In this document: positions 36,852-47,465 of the stretch, in pieces
How positions within the stretch are numbered: position 1 is the stretch's first letter
How the letters are laid out: each line of letters opens with the position of its first letter
DNA from: an uncultured Nitrososphaerota archaeon
Lineage (GTDB): Archaea > Thermoproteota > Nitrososphaeria > Nitrososphaerales > Gagatemarchaeaceae
Assembly: GCA_963703285.1 (NCBI GenBank)
Contig: OY969807.1
Coordinates: 1,312,001-1,376,000 of the forward strand
Direction of reading: 5' to 3'
DNA length: 64,000 bases
Notes under the pieces: model-generated
Told to the model about the DNA's origin: nothing
Database searches by the model: none
What the model saw: only the letters and a program-made list of their open reading frames with translations
Program-made: the position numbers and the translations under genes

Positions 36852-38909
36852 TCAGGGAATCTCAGGAACGGGCGCAGTTTCAGCACCTGGCATGGGTTCC
36901 GTCGGCTCGGTCTCGCTGAGGGTGTGGGTCCTGCTGCCTTTGAAAGGCGTGAATGCCCTGCCTCCTCCTTGAAGGTACTTTGAGAAATGCTCGACAAAGA
37001 TCAACCTCGCGCCCTGTATCCCTGGCTCGAGTATCCCAAGTACAAGGTTGAAGGCGTGCCCAGCGACGAGAAGCACAATTCCGCCTATGGCGTAGCCGAC
37101 ACCGCCGAGGAGGAGGCCCGGCGCGGCGGCCGAGCCCACGGCTTCCTTGTCGATTACGTATGCCAGCACGAACGAGGCTAGGAGTATCCCGAGCAACCTC
37201 GTGTATGAGATTATGTGGCTGACGATGGAGGGCAGCTCTACGAGCGATTGTGGCCCTTCGCCGTAGCCGATCATCCCTAGTCCCGCTACTACCAAGCCGA
37301 TGTAGACCCCTCCAAGAGGGTTAGAGGTGGGATCTACGTTGCCATGATGCAGGACCGTCAATCCGATGAGGGCAATTCCCCAAGCCTCGAACAGCCACCC
37401 CAGTTTGCCCACGATGTGCCTCCTTTCCTGCATCCAGTACCCGTTGAGCATGCCCAGGACCAACCCGAACGAGACCATGAAGAGACCGATGTATCCCGAG
37501 TAGAGGAGCAGCGTCTTCAGTCCACTGGTCGAGATCGGGTCGAGGAACGTCCCGTCCGAGGGGAGTTTGGTGTGCAGGTTGGAGTTGAGGAACGAGAACA
37601 GGTACTGGTTCAGCTGGAACCCAAAGTATGCGTTCAGAAGGAAGCCCATCACGATTCCCACGATGGAGCCTAGAATCATCGCCTTGGCGAGCTTCTTGAA
37701 CTGAGGAGGCTTGAGGATCTTCGAGGCGAAGGACCGTAGCATCGCGGGGACTACCGTCCTTCCCTCCGGGTTGTTGACCCTCCTGATAATCCAGATGGAA
37801 ATCAGCAGAATCGATACGCCATATCCGACGTCCCCAAGCATCAACCCGAAGAATATCGGGAAGGCCATGGCGAAAATTATGGACGGGTCGACCTCGTTCG
37901 ACTGAGGCATGGTGTAGAACCGGATGAACGACTCGAAGAACCTCAGCCTCTTCGGGTTCTCCATCAGGGTAGGCGGCTTGCCGTCACGGTCTATCGTGAA
38001 GAAGATCGTTGAGCCGGCGTAGCGCGTGAGAATCTCCTGGATTGCCGAGAACCGCCGGCTTGGCACCCACCCCTCCAAGACGAACACGTTGTCTGTGAAA
38101 CCGAAGTTGCTCAGAATCTCGAGTTTTTTGGCTTCTATCGAGAGCTGCTCCTCCACGGTGGAGATGATGCCATAGTGCTTCCCGGAGAGCGCGCTGAGTT
38201 GAGTGTTAATCGCCGCAAGCTCAGCCTCCTTGAGCCTCTTCTCCTCGCTGAGCTCCGCGAGCACGTCAGCCTGCTTGCCCTTCATCGGAGGAATCGTCTG
38301 CAGGCGTAGGTCGTTCTTCTGAACGATCGAGCCGAACTCCTCGAGGTCAGCCTTCGGCACCACGACGACCGCACGGACCGGGTCGGTGCCCGAAGAGTAT
38401 GGGATGACGCCCTGTATCGGGCCCAGGCTGGTGAGGAGCTGCTGGTACGACTTTGCCGGGAGCAGACCGAAGAACGAGGTCGCGCTCTCCAGGTCCAGGA
38501 TGCCGACGTCTCCGTTGATGAACGAGAGATTTGTGACGAGCTCCATCCTGCTCCTGATTGCATCGAGCCGCAGGGTGAGTTGGTCCTGGGCCTGCTTGAG
38601 CCTGGAGACCTCGTCGTCAATCTCGATCAACTTGGAGGTCTTCATGACATCGGCGAAGGATCTGAACCTTCTCTTCTCATCGACTCGGGTCGGTGGGAGC
38701 GCGGCCTTCAGGGATCTGATTCTGAGAAGCTCTTTGGATACTCCCCTCGCGTCGTCGGCCTCGAGTTCCGACCTGAGATAGGACAGCGACGACTTGGAGA
38801 GAGGCTCGATCTGCATCGCACCGAGGTCGTAGAGTATGGAGACGACCTTCTGCCTCTCCTCGCGAACGCCCACCACCGCTATCTTTTCCATGCTGGCGGG
38901 CTTCAGCAA
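36852..38909 (-). CDS. atpI: A/V-type ATP synthase subunit I (a)
   Basis: PPTLMENP, FFGLMLGDVGYG, ISYTRL, ARLIFVEHFSK. Confidence 0.95.
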   Translation of the reverse strand: MLKPASMEKIAVVGVREERQKVVSILYDLGAMQIEPLSKSSLSYLRSELEADDARGVSKELLRIRSLKAALPPTRVDEKRRFRSFADVMKTSKLIEIDDEVSRLKQAQDQLTLRLDAIRSRMELVTNLSFINGDVGILDLESATSFFGLLPAKSYQQLLTSLGPIQGVIPYSSGTDPVRAVVVVPKADLEEFGSIVQKNDLRLQTIPPMKGKQADVLAELSEEKRLKEAELAAINTQLSALSGKHYGIISTVEEQLSIEAKKLEILSNFGFTDNVFVLEGWVPSRRFSAIQEILTRYAGSTIFFTIDRDGKPPTLMENPKRLRFFESFIRFYTMPQSNEVDPSIIFAMAFPIFFGLMLGDVGYGVSILLISIWIIRRVNNPEGRTVVPAMLRSFASKILKPPQFKKLAKAMILGSIVGIVMGFLLNAYFGFQLNQYLFSFLNSNLHTKLPSDGTFLDPISTSGLKTLLLYSGYIGLFMVSFGLVLGMLNGYWMQERRHIVGKLGWLFEAWGIALIGLTVLHHGNVDPTSNPLGGVYIGLVVAGLGMIGYGEGPQSLVELPSIVSHIISYTRLLGILLASFVLAYVIDKEAVGSAAAPGLLLGGVGYAIGGIVLLVAGHAFNLVLGILEPGIQGARLIFVEHFSKYLQGGGRAFTPFKGSRTHTLSETEPTEPMPGAETAPVPEIP

Positions 38910-38912
38910 CTG

Positions 38913-39251
38913 TCAGTCTCCCCTGAACTCGGACAGGAAGACTTCCTCGACGATCTTCCTGAGCTCCTCCTTCTCGAGCCTCTTCCCAGCGAGCTTCTCC
39001 ACGTCTCCCGCTGCCGACGATAGGAGCTTCTCGGCCTCGGCTTGGGCGGAGGTACGCGCAGCCTCAACGGCCCTGGCCTCGAGGGCCTCGGCCTCGGTCT
39101 TGGCTTCCTCGATGGAACGCGCAGACTCCTCCTCCTGTCTACTCAGCTCCTCTTCGAGTGCTCTCCTTCTCTCTGCGAGCTCTTTCGCTGTTGCAACCTC
39201 TGTCTCCTTGATCTTTCTCAGCGTTTCCTCATAGTCGACGGATGTGGCCAT
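38913..39251 (-). CDS. atpH: A/V-type ATP synthase subunit H/G (peripheral stalk)
   Basis: Charged coiled coil ETLRKIKETE...; operon position before atpI. Confidence 0.75.
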   Translation of the reverse strand: MATSVDYEETLRKIKETEVATAKELAERRRALEEELSRQEEESARSIEEAKTEAEALEARAVEAARTSAQAEAEKLLSSAAGDVEKLAGKRLEKEELRKIVEEVFLSEFRGD

Positions 39252-39255
39252 TATC

Positions 39256-39456
39256 TCAAATCATCCCCAGAATCAGCAGAAAGACCATCAGGACCGCGAT
39301 CACCTTTGCGATGTTGAAGGCGGTTAGCACCAGACGAAGCTTCCTCTGTTCCCTGTTGGGTGGACCAGGGCGAGAGTCCGGCTGCGGGGCGGCCTCCGGG
39401 AGATGGTTGCCGCCTGGCGCGCTTAGCCCCCGCTTCTGCGCGATCTCCTCAGCCAT
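39256..39456 (-). CDS. Small single-TM protein inside the ATPase operon
   Basis: 66 aa, C-terminal hydrophobic helix, overlaps atpD end, 4 nt from atpH. Confidence 0.6.
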   Translation of the reverse strand: MAEEIAQKRGLSAPGGNHLPEAAPQPDSRPGPPNREQRKLRLVLTAFNIAKVIAVLMVFLLILGMI

Positions 39457-40093
39457 GCTCCAGTTCCTTCCTCCTGGCCATCTTCCTCTTCACGTTCTTC
39501 AGCTTCGTGAAACTCTCCCTCTCCATCTCGTCGAACCTGAGTTTCATGTATCTCGCGTTCGCCTCCAACCTGGGAATGAGGACGTTCTCGATGGCGTTGG
39601 AGCGCCTCTTCGTCTTCTCTATCTCCGTCAGGAGCTTCCTCAGAGCGGTCTCTTTCTCGGCGACGTCTAGGACCATTCTGTGGACCTGCTGGAAGGCCTT
39701 GACTGACTGATTGATCGCGACCGGTACCTCCACTAGGTACTCCTGACCGGCGCCGCCGTAGGCTTCTGCCGTCAGCTCGGGTATTCTCACTCCCATGACG
39801 TTCTTGCTTCTCAGCGTCAGCTGGTGGATCCTTGGAATGCGCATGGATTCGTACTCCAGCCTCAGAGGGCCGACGAACATCTCAGCGTTGTGGATCCCCT
39901 CGTAGCCCTTTACGAGGCTCATCCGCAGGCCGCTCCTGAGGTTCGCCACGGTCTTGCTCATGTTGAAGAACTCGAGGATGAGGGCCGACCTCTTGAGCTT
40001 GAGCAGCTTGAGCCCCTTGCGGGACATCGCGATCCTGCGAACGGTTCGCAGGTATTCCATCCTCGTCGGCCGAATGTTGATCGCGACTGGCAG
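39449..40093 (-). CDS. atpD: A/V-type ATP synthase subunit D (probable CTG start)
   Basis: NIRPTRMEY, LLKLKR, NVMGV, KTKRRSNAIEN. Confidence 0.93.
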   Translation of the reverse strand: MPVAINIRPTRMEYLRTVRRIAMSRKGLKLLKLKRSALILEFFNMSKTVANLRSGLRMSLVKGYEGIHNAEMFVGPLRLEYESMRIPRIHQLTLRSKNVMGVRIPELTAEAYGGAGQEYLVEVPVAINQSVKAFQQVHRMVLDVAEKETALRKLLTEIEKTKRRSNAIENVLIPRLEANARYMKLRFDEMERESFTKLKNVKRKMARRKELEHG

Positions 40094-40106
40094 TGTCTAT
40101 CGCCGC

Positions 40107-41492
40107 CTATTTCGGAGCCTCTCTTCTCCGGTACTTCTCGATCAGTTCCGGCTTAATCCTCTTGATCTCGGAATCAGAGAGCGGGGCTATGACCTCCCAG
40201 CCGAGGTCGAGCGTCTGCTCGATGCTCCTATCCTCGTTCAGTCCCTGTCTTACGAACATCTTCTCGAACCTTTCGGCGACATTCAGGAACTTTCTGTCCG
40301 TCTCGCTGAGCGCCTCCTCGCCGACGATGGCGGAGAGGGCGCGGACGTCCTTCCCCTGCGCATATGAAGCGTACAGCTGGTCGGCAACCCCCCGGTGGTC
40401 CTCGCGGGTCCTGTTCGGTCCGATCCCCTGATTCATCAGCCTTGAGAGGCTCTCCAGGACGTCGATGGGCGGGTAGACGCCGCTCCTGTCGAGGTCCCTG
40501 CTCACGTAGATCTGGCCCTCCGTGATGTAGCCGGTCAGGTCCGGAATCGGATGGGTCTTGTCGTCAGCTGGCATGGTCAGGATGGGAATCTGGGTGATGG
40601 AGCCCCTCCTGCCCTTGATCTTGCCCGCTCTCTCGTATATCGTGGCGAGGTCGGTGTACATGTAGCCGGGGTATCCTCGTCTCCCCGGGACTTCACTGCG
40701 CGCCGCCGAGATTTCTCTCAGCGCCTCGCAATAGTTGGTCATGTCCGTGAGGATGACGAGCACGTGGGACTCTGTCTCATAGGCCAGGTACTCAGCGGTC
40801 GTGAGGGCGAGCCTCGGCGTGAGTATCCTCTCCATCGCAGGGTCGGAGGAGAGGTTGAGGAACAGGGCCGTTCGCTGGAGCGCGCCCGTCTCCTCGAACT
40901 GGCGTATGAAGAAGTTGGCCTCCTCGCTGGTGATGCCCATCGCTGCGAAGACCACAGAGAAGTTCTCGGAAGAGCTCAGGACCTTGGCCTGCCGCGCTAT
41001 TTGCGCGGCGAGGACGTTGTGGGGGAGCCCGGACGCGGAGAAGAGCGGCAGCTTCTGTCCCCTGACCAGGGTGTTCATACCGTCTATGCTCGAGATTCCG
41101 GTCTGGATGAATTCTGACGGCTCCTCCCTGCTGTAGGGGTTTATCCCGGACCCGACGATCTCGACCTTGTGCTTTGAGACGATGCCTGGGCCGCCGTCGC
41201 GCGGATTTCCCAGCCCGTCGAAGGTCCTCCCCAGCATCTCGTCGGAGACGGAGATTCGCGCCGTCTCGCCGAGGAAACGGACCGACGTACCCAGGGTGCT
41301 CAGTCCCAGGGTCTCTCCGAAGACCTGGATCACCGCCAGACCTGCGCTAGAATCGAGCACCTGCCCCCTGACCCTCTCGCCAAGAGAGTTCGTCACCTCG
41401 ACCATCTCACCATAGGATGCGTGCTGTACCTTCTCCACGAACAGGAGTGGTCCTGCGACCTGCGAGACCGTCTTGTAGGAGATCGGTTCCAT
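40107..41492 (-). CDS. atpB: A/V-type ATP synthase subunit B
   Basis: [44 protein letters not shown]. Confidence 0.97.
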   Translation of the reverse strand: MEPISYKTVSQVAGPLLFVEKVQHASYGEMVEVTNSLGERVRGQVLDSSAGLAVIQVFGETLGLSTLGTSVRFLGETARISVSDEMLGRTFDGLGNPRDGGPGIVSKHKVEIVGSGINPYSREEPSEFIQTGISSIDGMNTLVRGQKLPLFSASGLPHNVLAAQIARQAKVLSSSENFSVVFAAMGITSEEANFFIRQFEETGALQRTALFLNLSSDPAMERILTPRLALTTAEYLAYETESHVLVILTDMTNYCEALREISAARSEVPGRRGYPGYMYTDLATIYERAGKIKGRRGSITQIPILTMPADDKTHPIPDLTGYITEGQIYVSRDLDRSGVYPPIDVLESLSRLMNQGIGPNRTREDHRGVADQLYASYAQGKDVRALSAIVGEEALSETDRKFLNVAERFEKMFVRQGLNEDRSIEQTLDLGWEVIAPLSDSEIKRIKPELIEKYRRREAPK

Positions 41493-43258
41493 CAGGCCCT
41501 TATCTCCCTGACGAGTGCACCGAACTCTTGCTCGAGCTCTTCATCTATCCCATGGACGAAGGCCTCGAACTGGTCCTCCGGCGTCCACTTCATCTTCGAT
41601 ATCTTGGACTTCACTTGGAAGCTCGCTATCTGCGACGCCTGTGCCCCCGTCTTGATGGCCTCGGCCTCCCTCCTCCCGAAGGATAGTATGGTCTTCATCA
41701 TCAGGTACTGCTTCCTTATGGATGCGAAGGTGTCCACCGGGTCGTAGGCGCTCTGCTGAAGATAGTCCTCTCTGATCATCTTCGCAATGTCCATCACGCC
41801 CTTCTCGGACTCCGGGAGGGCGTCGTAGCCGACCAGCTGGACGATGTCCTGAAGCTCGGCCTCTTTCTGAAGAATCTCCAGTGCTTCGATTCGCATCTCA
41901 GGCCAGTCCTTTGCCACCGTCCGCTGGTACCAGCTCCTCAGGTCGCCTGTGTATAGTGAGTAGCTGGTCAGCCAGTTTATCGCAGGGAAGTGCCTGCGCG
42001 CCGCCAGACTCGCGTCGAGAGCCCAGAAGACCCTCGTCACGCGGAGCGTGTTCTGCGACACGGGTTCCGAGAAGTCGCCCCCCGGCGGCGAGACCGCGCC
42101 GACCACGGTCACCGTTCCGATGCGCTCCTGCGGTGAGAGCGCGACGACCTTCCCCGACCTCTCGTAGAACTCGGCAATCCTGCTGCCCAGATAGGCGGGG
42201 TAACCCTCCTCGCCGGGCATCTCCTCGAGCCTGCCCGAGATCTCCCTAAGCGCCTCCGCCCACCTCGAGGTGCTGTCGGCCATTAAGGCTACGTCGTAGC
42301 CCATGTCTCTGTAGTATTCCGCAATCGTGATTCCCGTGTAGATGCTCGCCTCCCTCGCGGCGACGGGCATGTTCGACGTGTTCGCGACGAGGACGGTCCG
42401 CTCCATGAGGGGCCTCTTCGACCGAGGGTCCTCGAGCTCGGGGAATGTCGAGAGGACTTCGGCCATCTCGTTGCCCCTCTCTCCGCACCCCACATAGACA
42501 ATCACCGCTGCGTCACTCCATTTGGCGAGCTGCTGCTGAGCGACCGTCTTACCGGAGCCGAAAGGACCCGGGATCGCTGCCGTTCCGCCCTTTGCGACCG
42601 GGAAGAACGTGTCGAAGACCCGCTGACCGGTAATGAGCGGCGTGTCTGGGGGGAGCTTCCGTGATATCGGCCTCGGCGTCCTGACCCTCCACCTGTTCGC
42701 AAGAAAGATGTCCACCTCTCTGTCAGCTGTCCTGACCCTCCCGACAGGCTCCCTGATGGTGAACTTCCCCTCCCTGAGCTCCAGGAGGACTCCGCTGATG
42801 CCGGGGGGTATCATGATCTTGTGGAGGACCGGTGGTGTCTCCTGGACTGTCCCGATTATCTCGCCGGGCGAGACGCTGTCCCCCTCGTTCTTCAGGGGGA
42901 CGAAGTCCCACTTCCTCTTCTCGTCCAGCGGGGGGATGACGAGCCCTCTGCTGATGAAGTCACCGCTCTCCTCCCTGAGGATGTTGAGGGGACGCTGGAT
43001 TCCATCGTAGATGGAGGTCAGAAGGCCGGGACCGAGCTCGACCGAGAGCGCCTGGCCGGTGTTGACCACCTTGTCTCCGGGTTTGACTCCAGTCGTGTCC
43101 TCGTAAATCTGAATGGTGGCGGTCCCTCCCTCAAGTTTGATGACTTCGCCGATCAGACCGAGATCTCCTACCCTCACCACGTCGAACATCTTCGCCCCCT
43201 CCGGACCGTCTGACGTTACGACAGGTCCGCTGACTCTGATTATCTTGGCTTCGTTCAT
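41492..43258 (-). CDS. atpA: A/V-type ATP synthase subunit A
   Basis: Walker [29 protein letters not shown]; no intein. Confidence 0.97.
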   Translation of the reverse strand: MNEAKIIRVSGPVVTSDGPEGAKMFDVVRVGDLGLIGEVIKLEGGTATIQIYEDTTGVKPGDKVVNTGQALSVELGPGLLTSIYDGIQRPLNILREESGDFISRGLVIPPLDEKRKWDFVPLKNEGDSVSPGEIIGTVQETPPVLHKIMIPPGISGVLLELREGKFTIREPVGRVRTADREVDIFLANRWRVRTPRPISRKLPPDTPLITGQRVFDTFFPVAKGGTAAIPGPFGSGKTVAQQQLAKWSDAAVIVYVGCGERGNEMAEVLSTFPELEDPRSKRPLMERTVLVANTSNMPVAAREASIYTGITIAEYYRDMGYDVALMADSTSRWAEALREISGRLEEMPGEEGYPAYLGSRIAEFYERSGKVVALSPQERIGTVTVVGAVSPPGGDFSEPVSQNTLRVTRVFWALDASLAARRHFPAINWLTSYSLYTGDLRSWYQRTVAKDWPEMRIEALEILQKEAELQDIVQLVGYDALPESEKGVMDIAKMIREDYLQQSAYDPVDTFASIRKQYLMMKTILSFGRREAEAIKTGAQASQIASFQVKSKISKMKWTPEDQFEAFVHGIDEELEQEFGALVREIRA

Positions 43259-43599
43259 CAGGCGCTCACCTTGAGGTCTACGCCGAGTATCCGTCTGGCG
43301 AGACTTGAAATCGACTCTTCTGAGACGTCAGAAGTCAGCGACGGCATGAAGACCACCAGCGGGATGATTGAGGACCTTAGCCTCTCCCTTGTCGTCGGCG
43401 AGAGCTCCTTCCTCGCCTCGTCCCCCACTATGATCAGGCTGTACTCGCCCGCGTTGAAGAGATCCAGAACGGTCTTCTGCGTCTCGCCCTTCGAGGCGAT
43501 GAACGCGTCCTGTACGCCGAGCAGACGGTAACCAAGAACTAGTTCCCTCTCCCCCACGACCGCAATCCTGCCGGTCTGTGTAGATGTTCTTGCGCTCAA
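43258..43599 (-). CDS. atpF: A/V-type ATP synthase subunit F
   Basis: [18 protein letters not shown]...RRILGVD. Confidence 0.9.
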   Translation of the reverse strand: MSARTSTQTGRIAVVGERELVLGYRLLGVQDAFIASKGETQKTVLDLFNAGEYSLIIVGDEARKELSPTTRERLRSSIIPLVVFMPSLTSDVSEESISSLARRILGVDLKVSA

Positions 43600-43605
43600 T
43601 TCTGC

Positions 43606-44670
43606 TCAACCGGCCAAGATTACTGACCTAATGTATTCTTCGGTCATCCCGTACTGTTTTGCGTATGTTATTCTTCGGATGTTCTGGCGCTCTGTCTCCG
43701 CCTGGAAGATGAAGGCGAACACGGAAGTAAGGGACAACGCCAGGCTCCTGAGGTTGGGAAGCGAGCTGGCGACGATTAGTTTGTCGATGGCAACCTCGAA
43801 CTCTGTGAGGTCCTGGGTCTGGCGGTACCTCCCGAAGGCCGCAGACAGGTCGAACCACGGCTCGAACCTTTTGACGACTTCTCCGATCTCCGCCGAGGCG
43901 TACGCTTCCAGGAGACTGGCCTGGCTGACGAGCCCGCCGTCTATCAGGTGCCTTGAGACCGTCTCGCGGTCCAGGTTCAGCTCCTTCGACTTCAGGATGT
44001 TCAGCAGGTTCTTCTTTGCTATCTCAGCTCTGATGTACTCGCGGAGGACGCCTTCGTCGCCCTGGATGAATCTCAGCTGCCAAAGCAGCCTGGAATAGTA
44101 GTAGTTCTGCAGTGCGCCGGAGAAGACCCCGAGGTCTCCCGACTTTTTGAATTCGCCGAGCTGCTGGAGGAGGACCGCTCCGTACCCGTACTTCACAAGT
44201 GAGTTTATCACACCTTCGATGTCCGGTTGCTCGAGCATCGCACGCAGTTCGCTGAGAGGGATGACGTTGGTCGAGACGCCTCCGGGCAGGCTGCGGCGCG
44301 GGACCAGGAAGGCCTCAGCCTGCTCCCGGCTTCTCCCCACGCTCTTTGCCGCCAGCACGAGCTCAATGTTCTCGATGTCCCACTTCGCCAGGTAGGCAAC
44401 GAGGATGGTCTTGCCGGAGCTGGGGGTGACCTGGAGCGCAATCCGGTTCAGGTCCACGAAGTGGGCGTTAACCGCTATCTCAATCAGCTCCGGCGGCTTG
44501 TACACTGCAGCGGACTCCTCGATGTCGGCCTTGTACCACGTGTCCTCAAGGCGCTGGGCGATTTCCGCTACGTCCTTCGCTCTCGCGAGCTCGTAGAGCT
44601 TCTCGTTAGTAAGGAAGTCGACCGACATCGCCTTCAGTCTTCCGAAGGCGGCGGCGTAGGATTGCTTCAT
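43606..44670 (-). CDS. atpC: A/V-type ATP synthase subunit C
   Basis: GRLKAM, WDIENI, E..NIRRI; 354 aa in operon. Confidence 0.88.
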   Translation of the reverse strand: MKQSYAAAFGRLKAMSVDFLTNEKLYELARAKDVAEIAQRLEDTWYKADIEESAAVYKPPELIEIAVNAHFVDLNRIALQVTPSSGKTILVAYLAKWDIENIELVLAAKSVGRSREQAEAFLVPRRSLPGGVSTNVIPLSELRAMLEQPDIEGVINSLVKYGYGAVLLQQLGEFKKSGDLGVFSGALQNYYYSRLLWQLRFIQGDEGVLREYIRAEIAKKNLLNILKSKELNLDRETVSRHLIDGGLVSQASLLEAYASAEIGEVVKRFEPWFDLSAAFGRYRQTQDLTEFEVAIDKLIVASSLPNLRSLALSLTSVFAFIFQAETERQNIRRITYAKQYGMTEEYIRSVILAG

Positions 44671-44680
44671 CCCTGCCCAC

Positions 44681-45238
44681 CTACTCCTTGCCGATTATCG
44701 ATGCGCGTACTTGGTCTTCGTGGGTGCGGAGCATCTCTTCGAAGGTGAGGTCCAGCTCGAAGTCGCCGTCCTCGCTCACTGCCTTGAAACCACCAATCGT
44801 TGGCAGGTCTGCCGAGAGCACCACGGCCCCGGCCGTCTTGATGGCCTGTACGTCTGCCGCCCGGCATCTCACGCCGATGTTTCCCCCGAGTCGCTTTGAG
44901 GCGTACCGGACCATCCGCGGGAGGACTTGGGAGTACTCTTCCGAATCGGCAAACTCGCCCAGTACCTGCCTGAGTGCCGAGATGTTGGCCTCAAGCATCC
45001 TCTCCGTCGCGTCGAAACCCATCTTCTTGGCCTGAAGCCTGGCGGCTCCTGCTACTCGCGTCTGCTCCCTTTGCGACAGTGCGGCGGCCTCTGTGCTGGC
45101 GGCTTCCAAGATGTGGGTCCTTTCGTCCTGTGTCCTCTTCTGAACCTCGGCCATCTTGGCCGCGTACTCATCCTCGAGTTGTTTGAGAGCTGTCTTCCGT
45201 TTCTCCTCTACTTCCTTCAGTAAGGTCTCGGCGCCCAC
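44681..45238 (-). CDS. atpE: A/V-type ATP synthase subunit E
   Basis: N-terminal coiled coil, IGGFKAVSEDG..LDLTFE. Confidence 0.88.
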   Translation of the reverse strand: MGAETLLKEVEEKRKTALKQLEDEYAAKMAEVQKRTQDERTHILEAASTEAAALSQREQTRVAGAARLQAKKMGFDATERMLEANISALRQVLGEFADSEEYSQVLPRMVRYASKRLGGNIGVRCRAADVQAIKTAGAVVLSADLPTIGGFKAVSEDGDFELDLTFEEMLRTHEDQVRASIIGKE

Positions 45239-45256
45239 AAGCTACCAGCCCGTCCC

Positions 45257-45481
45257 TTACAGGATGTTGAGGAGCAGGATGACACCCAAGACGAACCCGA
45301 TAATCCAGAGCGTCTCGGGGATGACGAAGAAGAACAGAACTTGGCCGAACTTCTCTGGCTTCTCACCGATGATGCCCATTCCCGCGGCTCCCATTCCGTG
45401 CTGAGCAATGCCAGTGGCTATCAGCCCTGCTGACATCACCATCGCGGCTGCCAAAGCGAGATTCGTGTCGACTACTGCCAT
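45257..45481 (-). CDS. atpK: A/V-type ATP synthase proteolipid subunit K (c), single hairpin
   Basis: GAAGMG, EKPEKFG, FVIPETLW. Confidence 0.92.
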   Translation of the reverse strand: MAVVDTNLALAAAMVMSAGLIATGIAQHGMGAAGMGIIGEKPEKFGQVLFFFVIPETLWIIGFVLGVILLLNIL

Positions 45482-45608
45482 CTTTAGGGTCGCGCGATTC
45501 CCCGAAGTACCATATTTATGCGTATCCCCGAAGGGTTCTGCTAACTCGGTTAGGATGCAAGCATAGTGTTATATACCACGTATAGCGTAGGTATATCAGA
45601 GAGAAAAC

Positions 45609-46484
45609 ATGACCTGCAAGTTCTGCGGAAGCGACAAGACTATTAAGAACGGGCAAGCAAGAGGAAAGCAGCTCTACAGATGTAAGGATTGCAGACACCA
45701 GTATCTGGACAATGGAGCTTTTGCGGGGATGAGGACAAAGAGCGAAGTAGTCGCATGTGCGCTCAATCTCTATTATGACGGGTTGTCAACTTGGAAGATT
45801 TCTGGCCAGATAGCCAAGATATTCAAGGTCGATGTCAGCGCGGTGGCCGTGTGGAAGTGGGTTATGCGCTACTCGGAACTCGTGAGCGACTACTGTTCAA
45901 CCTTGCAGCCGAACTTGAGCGGTAAGTATCACCATGACGAGACGCAGTTCAAGGTAGGAGGGGAAGAGAAATACTTCTGGGAGACCATCGATGAGGACAC
46001 GCGGTTCTTGGTGGCTCACCTCTTGGGCCAGACAAGGACAGCCGAAGATGCGAAGAAAGTTTTCCAGATGGCTCTTGAGAAGCAGAGGCCAACCGCCCTA
46101 TTCACAGATGGCTCGTTCGCTTATGATGATGCATTCAACAAGGTCTTCTACACCAGATACAAGGCGAATCAGGTAGAGTGGGTCAGACGGGTAGGAATCA
46201 AAGCAAGAGAAACCAATAATATAATCGAACGGAAGCATGGGACGCTCAAGGACCGCTTGAGGCCGGCGAGGGGTCTCAAGCACAATGATACCGCCAAGAA
46301 GTGGCTTGACGGGTATGTTGTGAACTACAACTTCGTAAAGCCTCACATCGCTTTGAAGGGCAAGACACCAGCCCAGGCGGCAGGGATAGAGACGAAAGCG
46401 GATTGGGGTGAACTGATTCAAGATGCAACCAAAGCGAGGACAAATCAAGAAATCAAGGTTCCAATGGAGGTAGCAGCGAGATGA
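45609..46484 (+). CDS. IS6-family DDE transposase with N-terminal Zn finger
   Basis: CKFC..CKDC, HHDETQFKV, FTDG, NNIIERKH. Confidence 0.92.
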   Translation: MTCKFCGSDKTIKNGQARGKQLYRCKDCRHQYLDNGAFAGMRTKSEVVACALNLYYDGLSTWKISGQIAKIFKVDVSAVAVWKWVMRYSELVSDYCSTLQPNLSGKYHHDETQFKVGGEEKYFWETIDEDTRFLVAHLLGQTRTAEDAKKVFQMALEKQRPTALFTDGSFAYDDAFNKVFYTRYKANQVEWVRRVGIKARETNNIIERKHGTLKDRLRPARGLKHNDTAKKWLDGYVVNYNFVKPHIALKGKTPAQAAGIETKADWGELIQDATKARTNQEIKVPMEVAAR

Positions 46485-46786
46485 AGCGGGCACTCGTTAG
46501 CCTACCCGATGAGTTATTCGACTTGATGAGGACAAAACTAAAGGGAAAGTTCGGCCAGAACGACAGCGAAATCATACGTGGAATCGTGATTGCGTACCTC
46601 TCAGAGCAAGGATACCTAAAGAACCCCGAGCGATCAGATGAGGTTGACATTCAAGGCGAAATGATAGGTGCGGTCGTAGATACTTTGGAAGAAAAACATC
46701 TCGCTTCTCCTAAGGAGATTGACGAGAGGGTTAGGGCAAGATTGAAAGAGCGGAAGAAACTAACGAAGTTGGAGGAGCTGAAGTAA
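46481..46786 (+). CDS. RHH-domain passenger protein
   Basis: KRALVSLPDELF...NDSEIIRGIVIAYL; ATGA-coupled to transposase. Confidence 0.8.
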   Translation: MKRALVSLPDELFDLMRTKLKGKFGQNDSEIIRGIVIAYLSEQGYLKNPERSDEVDIQGEMIGAVVDTLEEKHLASPKEIDERVRARLKERKKLTKLEELK

Positions 46787-46787
46787 A

Positions 46788-47456
46788 ATGCCGAGCCTGA
46801 TAATTCAGAGTGCGACCATCTCAGTAACAATCACAATTCAGAATTGGCTACCAGACAATCATGGCCCTCTTTTCGACAACTTCGCAAAGAAGGGTTTCAT
46901 CATTCAACAGCCGACGGCCATCCAACTACTTCAGGGCCAGATGGTACCATACTCTCAAAAGGGAACGACCTCATCGGTAATTGTTGATAATGCCGCCAGA
47001 CGTGTAATAGCAACAATCACCAATGAACTCACCGACCCAAGCAAGAACATCGAAGACATTCTTGGAGTCATGAATCTCACTGGCTTCCCGAACGAATCTA
47101 TCGAGAGAATAGACGTCGTAGCTAACGTTACGATGAAAATCGAGGGTGATGAAAAGGCATCAGCCTTCGTTCCCAAGGTCGTCAACGATAAATTCGTCAA
47201 GAGCGCCGAAAAGACCTTTGAGAGGAGCGTAATAGCGACAGGAATGGCTCTCCGTTCTGTTGAACCGTTCACTGGGAGCCTCTCAAAATCTCCATTTTTC
47301 GTCCTAATCCAACCACCCCTCAACGATGAAAGCGACACACGATTCAACATCCAAACAATCCAAAGCAGCAACGACGCTCAGAATGTGGTCCAGTTCACAA
47401 GAACCCTGTTCGAAAGGCTGAAAACCCTTATTTCTCACTTCTTACCACAGGTTTAG
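46788..47456 (+). CDS. Hypothetical alpha/beta passenger protein
   Basis: 222-aa ORF, 1 nt after RHH gene; no family recognised with confidence. Confidence 0.7.
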   Translation: MPSLIIQSATISVTITIQNWLPDNHGPLFDNFAKKGFIIQQPTAIQLLQGQMVPYSQKGTTSSVIVDNAARRVIATITNELTDPSKNIEDILGVMNLTGFPNESIERIDVVANVTMKIEGDEKASAFVPKVVNDKFVKSAEKTFERSVIATGMALRSVEPFTGSLSKSPFFVLIQPPLNDESDTRFNIQTIQSSNDAQNVVQFTRTLFERLKTLISHFLPQV

Positions 47457-47465
47457 TGACCATCC

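Noticed and set aside
31520-43258. Inteins in nrdJ or atpA
   Set aside because: Both have normal lengths and no intein junction or LAGLIDADG motifs
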